Below, piece after piece: positions 11,800-24,499 of a stretch of 64,000 bases of DNA (positions within the stretch are counted from its first letter, which is position 1; every line of letters begins with the position of its first letter). Origin of the DNA: Octopus sinensis (taxonomy: Eukaryota); the NCBI RefSeq assembly GCF_006345805.1, contig NW_021832430.1, forward strand, positions 186,001 through 250,000. Reading direction: 5' to 3'. The translations under genes and the position numbers were made by a program. The notes beneath the pieces were generated by a model. It worked only from the letters and a program-made list of their open reading frames with translations. It was not told the origin of the DNA and made no database searches.

Positions 11800-12595
11800 C
11801 TACACATGCCACGAGCACCCTTGTCCAAGAGATTCTCCAACCCGTTACCGAATCTCCTATGGACTCGGAGTCAATCGCCGCAGAAAGTTGCTGGCTTGGG
11901 ATGTCTCTTGTGCTTCCGCAGAATACACACGCACAGGACGAATGGAACAGGATTCTCTGTGATCAGAAGTCGAACAACTTCAAGTCTAAGCTTAACCAAC
12001 ATCTCTTGGCTTGTTTATTGGCTGCCTCGCAACCATATTCGGGGGCTTGGTTGACCACCATTTCTATGGAATCGATTGGAACTTTATTGGACGACGATTC
12101 ACTGAGGATCGGTGACTCATTGCGCTTGGGACTAAACGTATGCCAAGAATACCGGTGCCCCTGTGGATCGACCGTTGACCCCTTTGGATTGCACCCATTA
12201 TCGTGTCAGAGAAGCTCCGGACGCTTTTCCCGACACGCTGCCCTGAACGACATAGTCAAGCGGACTTTTGAAACTGCCGGATTCCCATCGGAACGCAACT
12301 TGCACGGACACCAAATATCTTTACGTCAGCCGCAGAGCCGGGCTCCGCAGCTAACCTGGCAGAAACGCTAAAAATCAAGAAATACAGTGCATTATTGCAC
12401 CGTCATATCTTTGCCCCGATCGCAGTGGAGACACCGGGAATCCTCGGTCCCAGAACTAAAAAATTCCTTATTAAACTGGGGATTTGGCAAGCAGAAGGAG
12501 AAATGATCATCGGAACGGGCATGGCTTTTCCAACGCATATCAATAGCCATCTTGCGTGGGAATTGCCATTCCATCTTATCCTCTGCTGCTAATTA
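11800..12595 (+). mobile_element. CRE-like non-LTR retrotransposon 3' part (zinc knuckle + RLE), degraded
   Basis: SQPYSGAWL..SIGTLLDDDSLRIG..RLGLNVCQEYRCPCG..GLHPLSC..RHAALNDIVKR, followed by IFAPIAVETPG. Confidence 0.85.
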
Positions 12596-13668
12596 AATAT
12601 TTATTAACACTTTTTAACATTGCTTAAAGACGATGGAAAATTTAAATCAGTCCGCGGAAGAAATGTTTTAGTGATTTTGAATTTATGCACGATAACGACC
12701 CAAGTCTGTGAGGCAAGAGGAAAACACATTAATTATTAAAATACTTGTGGTCAAGTTTTTTGAACTAAGATTTTTTGTTTATGATGATTCTGACATCATC
12801 CCGGTTTAAAATATCTCAGTTCATCTTCTGTGTTGTTTGACATAATGTACCAGTCCATCTGTATGTTCAACTGATATCAGCAGTCGATATGCTGATCCTG
12901 AATTTACTCTTTTATTTATTTATTGACCAAAAGACCAGGGTGATTCCCGATTCAAGCAAGAGAGATACTTCTGAAAGGTTCGATCCTGCCCATATGATCG
13001 GACTGAGACGACGATGTCCCAGTGAATCTACTCTGAATAGCAATAGAAAATTTTTTACCTTGACTTTTTCCTTATCTAATGTAATTAGTAAAGTAACCAT
13101 AAAGTTGATCTAAAAATCAAAAATTGACTTTCAAAAGTCAACAAAGTTGATCCAAAAAAAAGTTGACCAAGGCAGGTATTTCGTCCTCTTTTGAGTTTGC
13201 CCCTTGCCTTCAAAATTTCAGGAATCGTCGGCAAGGCTGCGTCTCAACTTCTCACTGACTTTGGTACGACCAGAGGGAGCTGGCTCTTTCAGCGAAGCCG
13301 TGCTCCGTGGAAACTGCCATTCAATACGCATTGCAACGTCGTTGACATGATCTCTAGGCTCTTGACTATTCTTTGAGTTGCTTACTTATTCTGTTCTCAC
13401 AATCGATATTAACTAAAAATTCATTGAAAAATTCTTGGATATTTTTTAAGACTTTCAAGTAGGTGAGTTTTTTTGACAAGTGGGACGTTATCTGACCCGA
13501 CTAATCGTTCAGTTTTAAGTTTTTTGCTGGCTATTGAAGTTTCAGAATGAATGAGTGTTTTTATTTAACGCGAAACTGAGAGAACAAAAACAAGTTATTT
13601 GGTTAAAGCATCGGTCTTTATGAGACCTAACATTGAGGTTTTATAATCGCTTATTGAGGAGGTTATTA

Positions 13669-15108
13669 CACTCCATGGAATAAAAAACCGGATTTTCGAA
13701 TGCTTAATTTTTTTGATATTCTGTTTTTAATTTTAGACTTTTTTTTAATTTATAATGATAATCTTCGTAACTTTTCTTTTTATAATTTTTCAATAAATAA
13801 AAAAAAAATAATAATCTTTTTGTACAGCTAAACTGACTATATTAAATTTTTTCTGTGTAAAAAAAACCGGATTAGAAAAAAAGTCAAATGATTAATAATT
13901 AATGTGTCCTCCATGTGCCTTATAAAGCTCAATGCTTCTTCTTGGCATGCTTTCAGTTAATTTTCTCACAAATTCCATTGGTATTTCGTCCCAAATTTTT
14001 ATGATATTTTCGCATAAATCCTTTTTACTATGCAGCATTTTTTTACTCAATTCTTCTTTTATGTAGCTTCACACATGTTCAATTGGGTTCAAATCTGGTG
14101 ATTGTGGTGCCCAATTTAATAATTCAATTTTTTCTCATCCAAAAATTGTTTTGTTCTCCGTGAATTATGACAGGGGGCCAATCTTGTTGGAAAATAAAAC
14201 GATTTAGTCCCATTTTATCTGCCGATTTCCACAAATTATTTATTAAAATGTTAATATATACAGCAGAATTTATTTTTTCATTTACTATAACCAAATTCCC
14301 TTTTCCATGATAGGAGATACAACCCCATACCATAATTCTTCCACCATCAAACTTCAAAGTTGGCGTTAAATGGGCATAATTTAAGGCTTTATTTTTTTTC
14401 TAAAGCAAAATTTTCTTTTTTTAGATGAAAAAATTTCAAAGGAAGCCTCGTCACTCTATATAACAGTTCTCCACGTTTCATTGCTTATTGCAGAAAAGAT
14501 TATTGAAAGCTCGTATTGTTTTTCACTATTTTTTTTGCTAAAAAAGGATTTCTTTTACACACATGCTTTGTAATGATTTTCATGTAGATAATTGCTTATT
14601 GTTTTTTTGCAGACAACTTTTCCTGTAAAATCGAAGACTTCTTTCAGGTTGGCCAGTGTTTTTTTTGGATTTTCTTTCACAATGTTGGCAAGTTTACAAA
14701 TATTGGGTCTTCCAGAACCAGGTATACGATCAACAGTCCCTTTTTTATTTAACTTATTCAGAAAATCATTGAGAGTCGAAGTTGGAATATTCAGCTCCTC
14801 AACAATCTTCTTTTGTGTCCAATTTAATTGAATGAGAGCTAGAATTTTTCCTTTAGTGATTTTATCAAGCATTTTTTTCAAATACCTAAAAATTGGCTTA
14901 GCAACAGACTAATCAAAAAAAATCCGGTTTTTTAATACACGCTAAGATTTTATCAAGATCAATTATTCAAATATACATTATAATTTTAAAAATAGTAAAA
15001 AGATCAACAAACGATTGCTGAAAAGTAATTTAAAAATTGATGTACATTTAAAAAAATACTAGTATAAACATGCAAACTTGAAAATCCGGTTTTTTATTAC
15101 ATGGAGTG
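13669..15108 (-). mobile_element. Full-length degraded Tc1/mariner element (1440 bp)
   Basis: TIRs cactccatg(g/t)aataaaaaaccggattttc flanked by TA on both sides. Frameshifted transposase with HTH..PGSGRP and KFDGGRIMVWGCISYHG..FQQD. Confidence 0.92.
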
Positions 15109-15899
15109 TATATGTAAGTTGTGTTTATTATATTTAAATTTCTTCGCCTAGCTGTAAATCATGTATACTTTGATACAAGGGATCAGAATTTTGTGACCGC
15201 TAATCGACTCTAGTCTATCACATGACCGTAAATCGGTAAGTAGATGTTTATAAAAACGTTTTATAGGATATATTTGATCTGGTTGTGTATTTTTTGGTAA
15301 TAAAGTTTATATTATAAATAAACAAATAATATTTAATTTATTTTTTCTTCAATTTATATTATTTAATATTTTTAAATTATTAAATTAAGTGATTGTCACC
15401 TTATGCTACTCTATTGTTGGCTTATTTGTATTGTTAGATAAACCAGCCAGCCACTAATTTTGTAATTAGTGGTCGTGGGTTTATCTTAAATTTTGATGTA
15501 TGAGATTTCGATCAATTCATACTACAGTATTTAAACTATTTAAATATACCTTTTGATTTGATTAAATATTTCCAGTGGTGGGAATGTTTGAAACTAACAG
15601 CGCTGTGTTTAATTAATTTTTTTGTTATCTACTCTAAAAGAGTATTTTATACTTTACGCAAACTTTGCCGGGCACGCTGTTTTTGTGGTGCATTATATCA
15701 CTATTTCGTCCTCTTATTTAATTCATTCATTTTCTTTCTTATTTTTTTTATTTTCTGGCCGTCTTTGCTTTTCATGTAACGGGTATTTTCACCTTTCGTG
15801 TGTCATAAAGCGTGATTTAGTGAATAACACATGCCATTTCATTCACTGCATCCGTTGCCTTTCATACAGAATCTGTTTTGAATTCTCTTCGGTTAAAAC

Positions 15900-17870
15900 A
15901 TCCTTCCCCTCGAGCTGACATTCGAGAACACTCTCAAGCAATCAAATCTGCTCGCATTGTTTTCCCTAATGACGTGCTACCTTCTTGTTAAGCTGGATGT
16001 GCGAAACGTCTTAACAGTGTTCACAGGGATCATATCCTGAAAGTCGTTTACGCCCGTCGCGAAAAATATGCTAATCTCAGCGTCTGGTGTTCAACAAAGA
16101 GATCCATTAGTGCCTCTCATATTTGCCCTTGCAGTGGACCATGTTGCCTAAAGACTGTCAAGTTCGCTCAATTTCTGGTATCATATCACCCTGGGTGATT
16201 CGTTTGAATCCATACGGAACAATGTTGTTGATATTATTCTGGGGTTTGGCCAAATCGGTCTATCATTTAATGGTTCCAAGTCGGAGTTCACTCGGCTTTC
16301 CCCGACTATTCCCTATTTGATCAAGCTTTTGCATCCCTTTTTGAGAAGGTTGTCGGTCTCAGATCGACAGATCTAAAAGATCTGGTCGTCCTTGGTTCGC
16401 CAATAAGAAAAGTGAGTTAGTTCTGATCATGGAACAAATCTCGACCTTGATGCACACGTGAGGCCATTTTTCATTAAAAACTACCTTTGTATCCCGCGTC
16501 TCCCTTACTTACTCCGTTCATCCCCGACTTGTTTCCTGGAATTCGACCTGGATTTTATTATCTGGAAGTCTGTCAAGAAATTACTTAATGTTAACTTCTC
16601 TGGAGACAAACTTAGTTGTGCAATGTTACCTCTACGATTCGGTGGTATCCGCTCGTGCATGGAAATCGCTCTGCCTTGCTACCTATTTTCGCTTTCGGCA
16701 TCGAGAAATTTTGTTCATTCTGTTCTTTTTCCCCCTCCTGAACATTTCGAACTGAATGAATCTTTTTCTGCTCTCGAAGTTTGGACTGCATCTGGTCTTT
16801 TAAAAGACCTGAATAAAGTAGCTCAGATTCTAGCTCCTATATGCTTAACAGTTAATCCACACAAATCAAAGATCTTCAACATTGGCTACGAACAAGCAAT
16901 CTTTACTTCAGAAATCCGTCTTTTGTTTGACTATCATCTTTCAGCCATACGCACTGTTTTGCCTGAAGGTTTTACTCTTCTTGGCACGCCTCTTTTCTCT
17001 TCCTGAATTCCACCATTCCTCCACGCTAAACTTTGCATAATGGAAAAATCATTTGACGCTCTTAAATTCATCGAGCCAATGGGGCTTGCTTTCTACTGAA
17101 GAACTTTTTGCTTTTCTTCGTTTGGAGTACGCACTCCGTACTTCACCTTGTTTCCGTTTTCCTGACGAAATCGGTGAATTTTATTCGTTGCTGCGAAATA
17201 CTTTCGTTCAGATTTTTAACGTACATTTTGACGACAGGGGTTGAAAACAGGCTATCCTGCCTATCAGGCACGGCAGTCTCGGATTCCAGGCTCCCTTTGT
17301 TTTCTCTTTGCTATACTTTCTTTCTCCTCAGATCGATGCAGGTCTCTCGTAGTCCAGAACCTCCCTCTTCCCTCCGGATTGCCCACGGACCAAGAGTTTT
17401 CATATGACACAGCGTTATGGACAGAAAGCGGACTTAAAACTTCCGAAGACCTATTCCAAATGCGCAAGTGGGCGGAAGCCAGCAGCTCTCACTCTTTTCG
17501 GCACTTAGTGTTTCACGGAGACCAACACCGGCGTGCTTGCCTGTTTTAAGAAGCATCTCCACGTATGGAGACTTGGATTAACGCCTATCCCTCTCCTGCA
17601 GCAGGAACCTTGCTAGACCCAGAGTGCTAATGAATCGGAATCTCTCTTTGACTCGGCTTGGACATTTTCCAGCCTCACCAATCCCGCTGCGGGGCCTATA
17701 TAGACCGTTAAAGTATACACCCGCTCTCTTGCCGTAAAAGACCAGGGAGGATCCCCAGGCACGTGAAGCTGAACAGCATTAAAAAACGTCTATTTGAGGC
17801 AACCGACATCCCGTGCCGGCTGAAGCCAGAGGCCATACGGCGTTTCGCTCTTACCGTACAAGTGGGGTAA
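15900..17870 (+). mobile_element. Two stacked degraded CRE-like retrotransposon fragments
   Basis: IPRLPYLLRSSP..LPLRFGGIRSC, followed by a second RT C-terminus (LTVNPHKS..GFTLLGTPL) and the downstream AW..LL and zinc-knuckle region. Confidence 0.7.
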
Positions 17871-18272
17871 AGCGATCGTTGTAACGCAGGGTTTACCTTT
17901 CTCCTCAGCACTTTTCAACCTCCTTTTAAGTGACATGCCTGAAAAAGATTACAACCTGTTTCTATCCTATGCAGACAACATCATCATAGCCTAGACACAA
18001 CCTAATCAGTCAAGCTTCTACCATTCCTCCTTTATCAGTGCAGTTTAGAAATATGGAGAACCTTCTACATTCGTATATCAAACGTGATTACTTGTTTCTC
18101 CGTGTTCTACAACATTCAAACACATTACTGCAATCACTCTGACCATCTCCAGCAGAACCAAACCAATGTAGACGACCAGGAATTAGTCCTCCATAGCTAT
18201 GTTTGTTGTTGGATCCAAATCCATCCTAACGATGTGTCCGAATACCCTCTACCTGCATGCTGTAATTTCAAA
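17870..18272. mobile_element. Small RT fragment (+, ~17870-18000) and RTE-like 3' fragment (-, ~18000-18272)
   Basis: Plus strand reads FSSALFNLLLSDMP..YADNII. Minus strand reads RVFGHIVRMDLDP. Confidence 0.55.
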
Positions 18273-18880
18273 AGAGATTGGTGAAGTGCGCCCTCCAGAA
18301 GAAAGAGTGTGGTATGCTAGTTAGTCTTGACATTGAAAAGGCCTTCGACTTGGTGTGGCACGACGGCTTCCGGAGCTCCCTCGCCACGTGTGGGGTTTCT
18401 CCGTGTCTAAGGCGCTGGCTGTCGGGGTTTCTTGAATCTTGCGGACAGGTCGTGCGGCATCAGGGGGTCTTTTCTAAAGTCACAACAGTCCTTCGCGGGG
18501 TCCCTCAGAGCTCTGTGCTGAGTCCCACGCTTTTTAACGTCTTCATGGCTTCTGCGCCCATGCCAATCCATGATCGTACTGAAATGGTGATTTATGCAGA
18601 CGACATCATCCTCTGGGATCACTCGATGAAACCTGAGTGTGCGTGTCGTAGGCTACAGGTTGCTGTGGATGGACTTGTAAACTGGTGTGGGAGTAGGGGT
18701 TCAAAGATGCGTGCGTACAAGTGCAGTGTTCTCAAAGTCTGTAAAAGGACAAGGGGTTACACTAATTACGTTCCTAGGTTATTGCTGAACGGGTCAACAA
18801 TTGCTGCAGTTGATCGGATGACTTATTTGGGCGTGCTCTTTAAGCCGTCCGGTAAATTTGATGATCACATTGCACGTACG
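18273..18880 (+). mobile_element. APE-type LINE (I/Jockey-like) RT fragment; family pieces also at 23859-24230 (+) and 60420-60525 (-)
   Basis: LDIEKAFDLVWHDG, GVPQSSVLSPTLFN, YADDI and YLGV motifs. About 80 bp are shared with 23859-23938. Confidence 0.88.
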
Positions 18881-20489
18881 AAAATATTTAATTCCTTATC
18901 CACTTATGGAATTTTGGAGTAAAATGATTCCAAAGTATTCGTTATTGCAACAACAAATATCTCACTAGAACTAAATCTTTTACACTTTTTCGGAATAAAA
19001 TATTTTATGATGTCGCACTGCCTGCCTACCTTTCGTCACTTTCTTCATGCCAGAAACTCATGGGCACGGTTCTCTCAACCGATTTTGAACATTACGTGCC
19101 CTCTGAGTTATCATCGGCGGTCCTGAAGTGGCACTCGCTAGGATTGGAAATCCCAATGCCACTCCACTGCCGAGTATTGGGAACCTTCTGGACCAAAGCT
19201 TTTCAAAAAATAACTCTCGCGTCACACTAATCTTAAAAAAATAATCCACGGCACACATTAAAAATAAAAAAAAATAAATTTTTAAGATATGTAAAACTAA
19301 GTACAAAAATTGGTAATTTAATGCCCAAATTTTTATTAATAATGAAAATGAAATCTTAATTATTATTGTTGTTGCATATCACATCATCAATTTAATCTGA
19401 ACACTGACGATATTGACCCCTTTACTTGCACATCAGCACCTCTCAATAAGCCAATCGCAGTTGAGGAGGTCATCCAAGCTGCCAAGAAGCTTAAGAATTG
19501 TCGGGCAGCTGGACCTGATAATATTAATGCAGAACTGATCAAGTATGGTCAAAAATACTCATGGAAAAACTGACGACCTCGTTCAATGAGATGTTCGCAA
19601 CCAATGACCTGCTCCCACTGGGCTCAGGCACACTCATTCCGATACAAAAGGCAACAAAACCTCCGGACGGTGGAAAATCTCCGTCCCGTCATACTACTAA
19701 ACACTGAGAAAACTTTTTTACCATTACACTCGGCCGCATAACCCGAACTGTTAATGAATATCTCTCCCCCAGTCACAGCGGATTCAGGGCTGGAAGATCA
19801 ACAGCTGATATAGTTGGAGTCACAGATGGCGCTGCGCTGTCCAGCAGAAATTTAAAAAAGCTACGGCTATCCTTGGTATCGATATGTCAAAGGCTTTTGA
19901 CTGTGTCCGTCGTGACCTATTTATCGGGGTTCTGGAAAGCTTCCTAGAGGTGGATGAAGTGAGAATGATACGGTTGCTACTTGCTAAGACAGAACTTTCT
20001 GTTGTATTGGGCCAGTCTCCTCCAGGCGGTTCAAAACGAATGTCGACACGCCTCAGGGAGACTCTCTCTCCTCCCTACTATTTGTAATCTATCTGGAAGC
20101 CGCCTTGAGAGATTTGAGAACTTTCTATAATGATTCTATCACCGAAATTGCATATGCCGACGATGTGGACTTTGCCTCGGACAACATAGATGATCTAATT
20201 CGTCTACTAAATAATTCCCCACGGGTGCTTAACAAATGGTTCCTGATAATTAACATTTCCAAAACTGAATTGACGGAGATAAAACGAATGGACACCAGAA
20301 TTGGCGAAACATGGAGGAACGCCAACAAACTCGGCTCCTTACTTGGAGATAGTGAAGACATTCCTCGTAGAAAGATGCTTGCTACCGCGGCTCTGAGCAG
20401 AATACGTAAAAATGGCTCCAAGCTTGGCCGATAAATCGGGCCCTCAGATCAATGCTTTATAATGCATTCGTAAAGCCTGTTCTACTATA

Positions 20490-22577
20490 CAGTGCTTGTG
20501 GAAAAAAACCGGTTTTGCAGTTACTAAGTTTTTTTGGCAGATAGCATTCAATTTTCCAACTGAATTGAACTCTTTGGAGTTTATTAGATTTATAATTTTT
20601 TTGGCTGAAGACTATGGATGTTGGAATTCAAACGTCGTGGGTTCGAATCCGATAGAACCAAGTTTTCAGCCGGGGTCAAATCTTGTCAACGTTCCCCACC
20701 CGTGAGGCGACGAGTCCATTTGGCACGACACAGATGTCGAAAGGGGACCTCCTACCTTCCCCTGATCACATTACCGATGAAGAATCTCCATTATGCAAAA
20801 AAACCCGTCCGGATTCAAATGAAGTGCGGTGAGCTACGGTAGGAGGCTGACAAATGGGAACTGGGCATACCAGAAATTCCCCACCTCTCTTTGGAGACGG
20901 ATGGCTGTAATGAAGATTTGGAGGCTAATGTTGATCCGCACAAGCAATCCCTTCGTTCCTTGCTCCTTCATTTGATTAGTTAGTTGTGACCCCGATCGCC
21001 GTGGAGACCTCTGGCGTAATCGGTGACAGGTCACTCATTTTCCTCAAAAAGCTGGGTCGGCTGATTTCTCGCAAGAGAAACGACACGCGTGAGTGTGGAT
21101 GGCTCCTTCAGAGGATTTCCCTTGCCATTGTACGTGGAAACTGTTTCTCCATCTACGAGGCGGGGAAGTCCTCTTGTTAACTCTCTTTTCTCTCCGTTTT
21201 CTTTTAAGAAATAAAAACATTTTTTTATAAAAAAATTTTTTTTGTTTATACAAAATTTCATTAATCGTTTAAAATTTTGAAGATTTAAATTTTTGCGTGT
21301 GAATAAAAAATCGGTTTGATTTATTGAATGATATTTTATTTGTTGAATTTTAAGCTTTATAAGCAAATGTTAAATGCAATAATTAAAGGAAAGATCTTTT
21401 GAGTTAAATTGGACGATAAAAGATATCGCAAAACATCTAAATACTTTAAAATCGACAATCAGAGATTTTTTTCGAAAATTCAAAAAATATGGAACTGCTG
21501 ATGGGATTTCTTATTCCGGACGTCATAAAAAGCTTCAGAAAACACACATTGAAATCCTATTACATCTTATTGAGTGCGATCCAAAAAAATCTTCTAACAC
21601 GTTGAGAAATGAAATAAAACATTTAACTGGTAAGAGTGTCTGTAGAAAGACAATTGGAACTTATTTAAATTCAAATTTTCTCTTCGGAAGAGTATGTCAA
21701 CGTAAACCGTTGCTTTCGAAGAAAAACATAATAAAAAGATGTGAATTGTCAAAAATTTTTATTCGGATGAACAAAGACGCATGGAAAACTATTATTTTCT
21801 TTGATGAAGCATCTTTTCAGATTTTTCATACTAAAAAAGGCAATACTGTTATCGAAAAAAATTTCATGTTATGAATTGAGCCATATAACACCGACAGTAA
21901 AATTTGGTGGAGGTAGTGTTATGGTTTGGGGCTGTATCTTCTATCAAGGGGTGGGCAATTTAGTTTTTGTTAATGGAACACTCAATTCCGCTAAATATAT
22001 AAATGTAATAACGAATAATTTGTTTGTTTCGGCGCGAAAAATGGCACTAAATCAGTTCACTTTCCAACAAGACTTTGCTCCCTGTCATCAATCTGCGTTG
22101 ACAACCAAGTTTTTTGAAGAAAATAAAGTTCCAATTCTTGATTGGGCTCCGCAATCTCCAAACATGAACCCAATGGAACATGTTTGGAGCATGATGAAGC
22201 AAAATTATTCATTAGATCCTGCAAAAAATTAACTTGATCTCGAAGTCAAATTAATGAAAATTTGGAACGAATTGCCATCTGAAAATATTTGGAAATTAAT
22301 TGATAGTATGCCTAAAAGGTCATACGAGCTATTTATTAATCGAGGATACCACACAACATACTAACTGTTGATTTTGTTAACTCTTTTTGTTAAAACCGGT
22401 TTTTTATTCACATGCTAAAATTCAAATTTTTTAAATTTTCGCCGATTATTGAAATTTTTAAAAGTAAAAAAAATTATACATATAATCAACTTCAAACTCT
22501 TTATTTCATTTGGAAAATTAATAGCTATAAGCTAAAAAAACTTAGTAACTGCAAAACCGTTTTTTTTACCAGCACTG
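20490..22577 (+). mobile_element. Tc1/mariner element with TIRs and TA TSD, degraded transposase (~21367-22364)
   Basis: cagtgctt..aaaaaaccggttttgcagttactaagttttttt and its inverse at 22520-22577, with TA at both flanks. Motifs IFFDEASF, KFGGGSVMVWGC, FQQD..SPNMNPMEHVW. Confidence 0.92.
20603..21200 (+). mobile_element. Putative SINE: tRNA-like head + ~300-bp body + CRE-type 3' tail
   Basis: B-box GGTTCGAATCC at 20640-20650 in a 5'-truncated tRNA-like context. The body is shared with ~57070-57400. The tail translates as the CRE C-terminus VTPIAVETSG..WLLQRISLAIVRGNC. Confidence 0.45.
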
Positions 22578-24499
22578 TACAACTCGTCAACATGGGGGAT
22601 CTCGGACACTGAACTGAAGACTATAGACTCTTTTCATCGTAAACAACTACGTCTCTTACATGGAATAGACTGGCCATCAAAAATTAACAATCTATCTTTG
22701 TATAAACATTACGATGCTACGCCGTTGTCTCAAGAAATCGTTGGAGGCCGGTGGAAATTATTTGGCCATATTTTGCGAATGGACCCCAGAGCTCCGGCCA
22801 ATCGGGCAATGGACGATTATTTCTCCGAACATGGAGACAAATATCGTGGAAGACCTAGATCTACTCTTCCGGCAGTTCTGGAGAGGGATCTCAAACTTCA
22901 TGGCAAAAGTTTCAAAAACTGGGACGACCTAGAATCTTTTGACAAAGCCACCCGCATTTCAGCATCAATGTTTCTCAAACTTTCGCGTTTGTTATATTTC
23001 ATATTATGCAGCTTAGAAAAACCTGCTTCGCATAAATAGGTCGTTGAAAACTGTGAAATTATGGTCAGTGCTTTTTTGATAAACTGGGATATATGTTTCG
23101 AATATATATTCAGAATTCTCCAATGTCTAACTCCGTCATCTTTAATCTTAAGGATCGATCATTAAATAGCGCAATAAGTTCTTCATTTTCTTTAACAGAC
23201 AAGTTTTTTTATTGTGAGGTTCTAGTTGTTTAGTTGTTTTGCTATCAATTCTGAGGTCAGGTATGAACATTTTAATGATTCCTTTGTGTTTACAAAAGGC
23301 CAGCAAACCGATGGAACAGCTGTTCTTACGCTCAACGGCCAAAAGGTTTTTTTGAATTAGGAAAGTAAAGTCTCTAGTATCCTTTCAGTGAAATGAACAG
23401 AGGTGGACAAGTTTCTCCAGATAATTAACTGTCTTTGTGCGAAAGAAACATCAAGTCTTAACAACAATTGGTCAAAAACAAAAGCCGTCTAAAAGCGCCG
23501 ATATTTCTCGAATTTCGTCAATTCACCCTTATTAGCAGTAGACCCGAGCAGAGAGGCGATTCGTTGATGACTAACTTAGAAAAAGTATCAACACACGTGG
23601 CATCCCAAAATAATGGCTTTCCAGTGTCGAAAGCGAACAACGTACAGCCACCAAGCCTTTTTCCACCACCACGGTCGAGACCAATTGCCTCAAGGACAGA
23701 AGGATACCCTCCTTTTCAAGGACCTCGAGTATGATCTTGTTGAGAGCCGAAGGTTTTCTTTCAGGAAAGGGCATGGAGTCCGTATGTGTCCATCTTTGAT
23801 TCACACCGACAAACTTCAAATGTCAACCGCAAAAATTACTTTGTCAATTTTAAGCTTCTTGCTGCAGTTGATCGGATGACTTATTGGGCGTGCTCTTCAA
23901 GCCGTCCGGTAAGTTTGATGATCACATTGCACGTACAAAAATGAGTGCAATGGAGCGACTAGGCGCGTTGAGTGCTTTCCGCCTGCAGAGAGGTGCCTGG
24001 CTACGCGTGTTTAACGCCATGGTGTTACCCGTGTTGACATATGAGGTACATGTCTGGCACTTCTGCAAGGACAGGGAGAAGTACGTTGACGCGCTCAAGA
24101 AAGTCAGAAGACGAGCCATCCGGCTAGCCCATGGCTTAGGATAATGTCTGGGTGGCAGGTAAAGCGGTAAGTCTTAGTTTGCGGCTGAGAGGTGAGCGTG
24201 TGTGCGGAACTGAAAAGGCAGGAATGCCGAAGGTCCTTATCTATTCTCTACTAACAGCCTCTTTTTAAATAAAAATTTTTCTTCTTTATACATCGAAAAT
24301 TGTTTGATGACTGAAAAAAACAAGATATCGCAAGTACAGTGATGATACAAAAAAATAATAATTGAAACATGAAAATTTTGGCGATTGGGAAATTTTGGCG
24401 AAAGTTAAAAAATGGATGAAAAATAATTAATTATAGATAATAAGTTATTACTAGAAAAAACAAGAATATCTGATATTCTCCATTTTTTAAAAAATTTTT

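Larger units (their letters stand above)
19430..22940 (+). mobile_element. Degraded RTE-like LINE (19430-20489 + 22580-22940) split by a Tc1 insertion
   Basis: KLKNCRAAGPDNINAELIK, DMSKAFD, AYADDV. Removing the Tc1 and one TA restores VKPVLLYNSSTWG. Then RWKLFGHILRM..GRPRSTL. Confidence 0.88.

Noticed and set aside
12977-12986. B-box-like GGTTCGATCC
   Set aside because: No A-box or cloverleaf around it.
13100-13170. Cluster of aaagttga(t/c)c motifs
   Set aside because: Short and irregularly spaced without unique spacers, so not a CRISPR array. Probably a transposon subterminal repeat.
23140-23830. Minus-strand ORFs weakly resembling RLE domains
   Set aside because: Too degraded to assign a family or boundaries.
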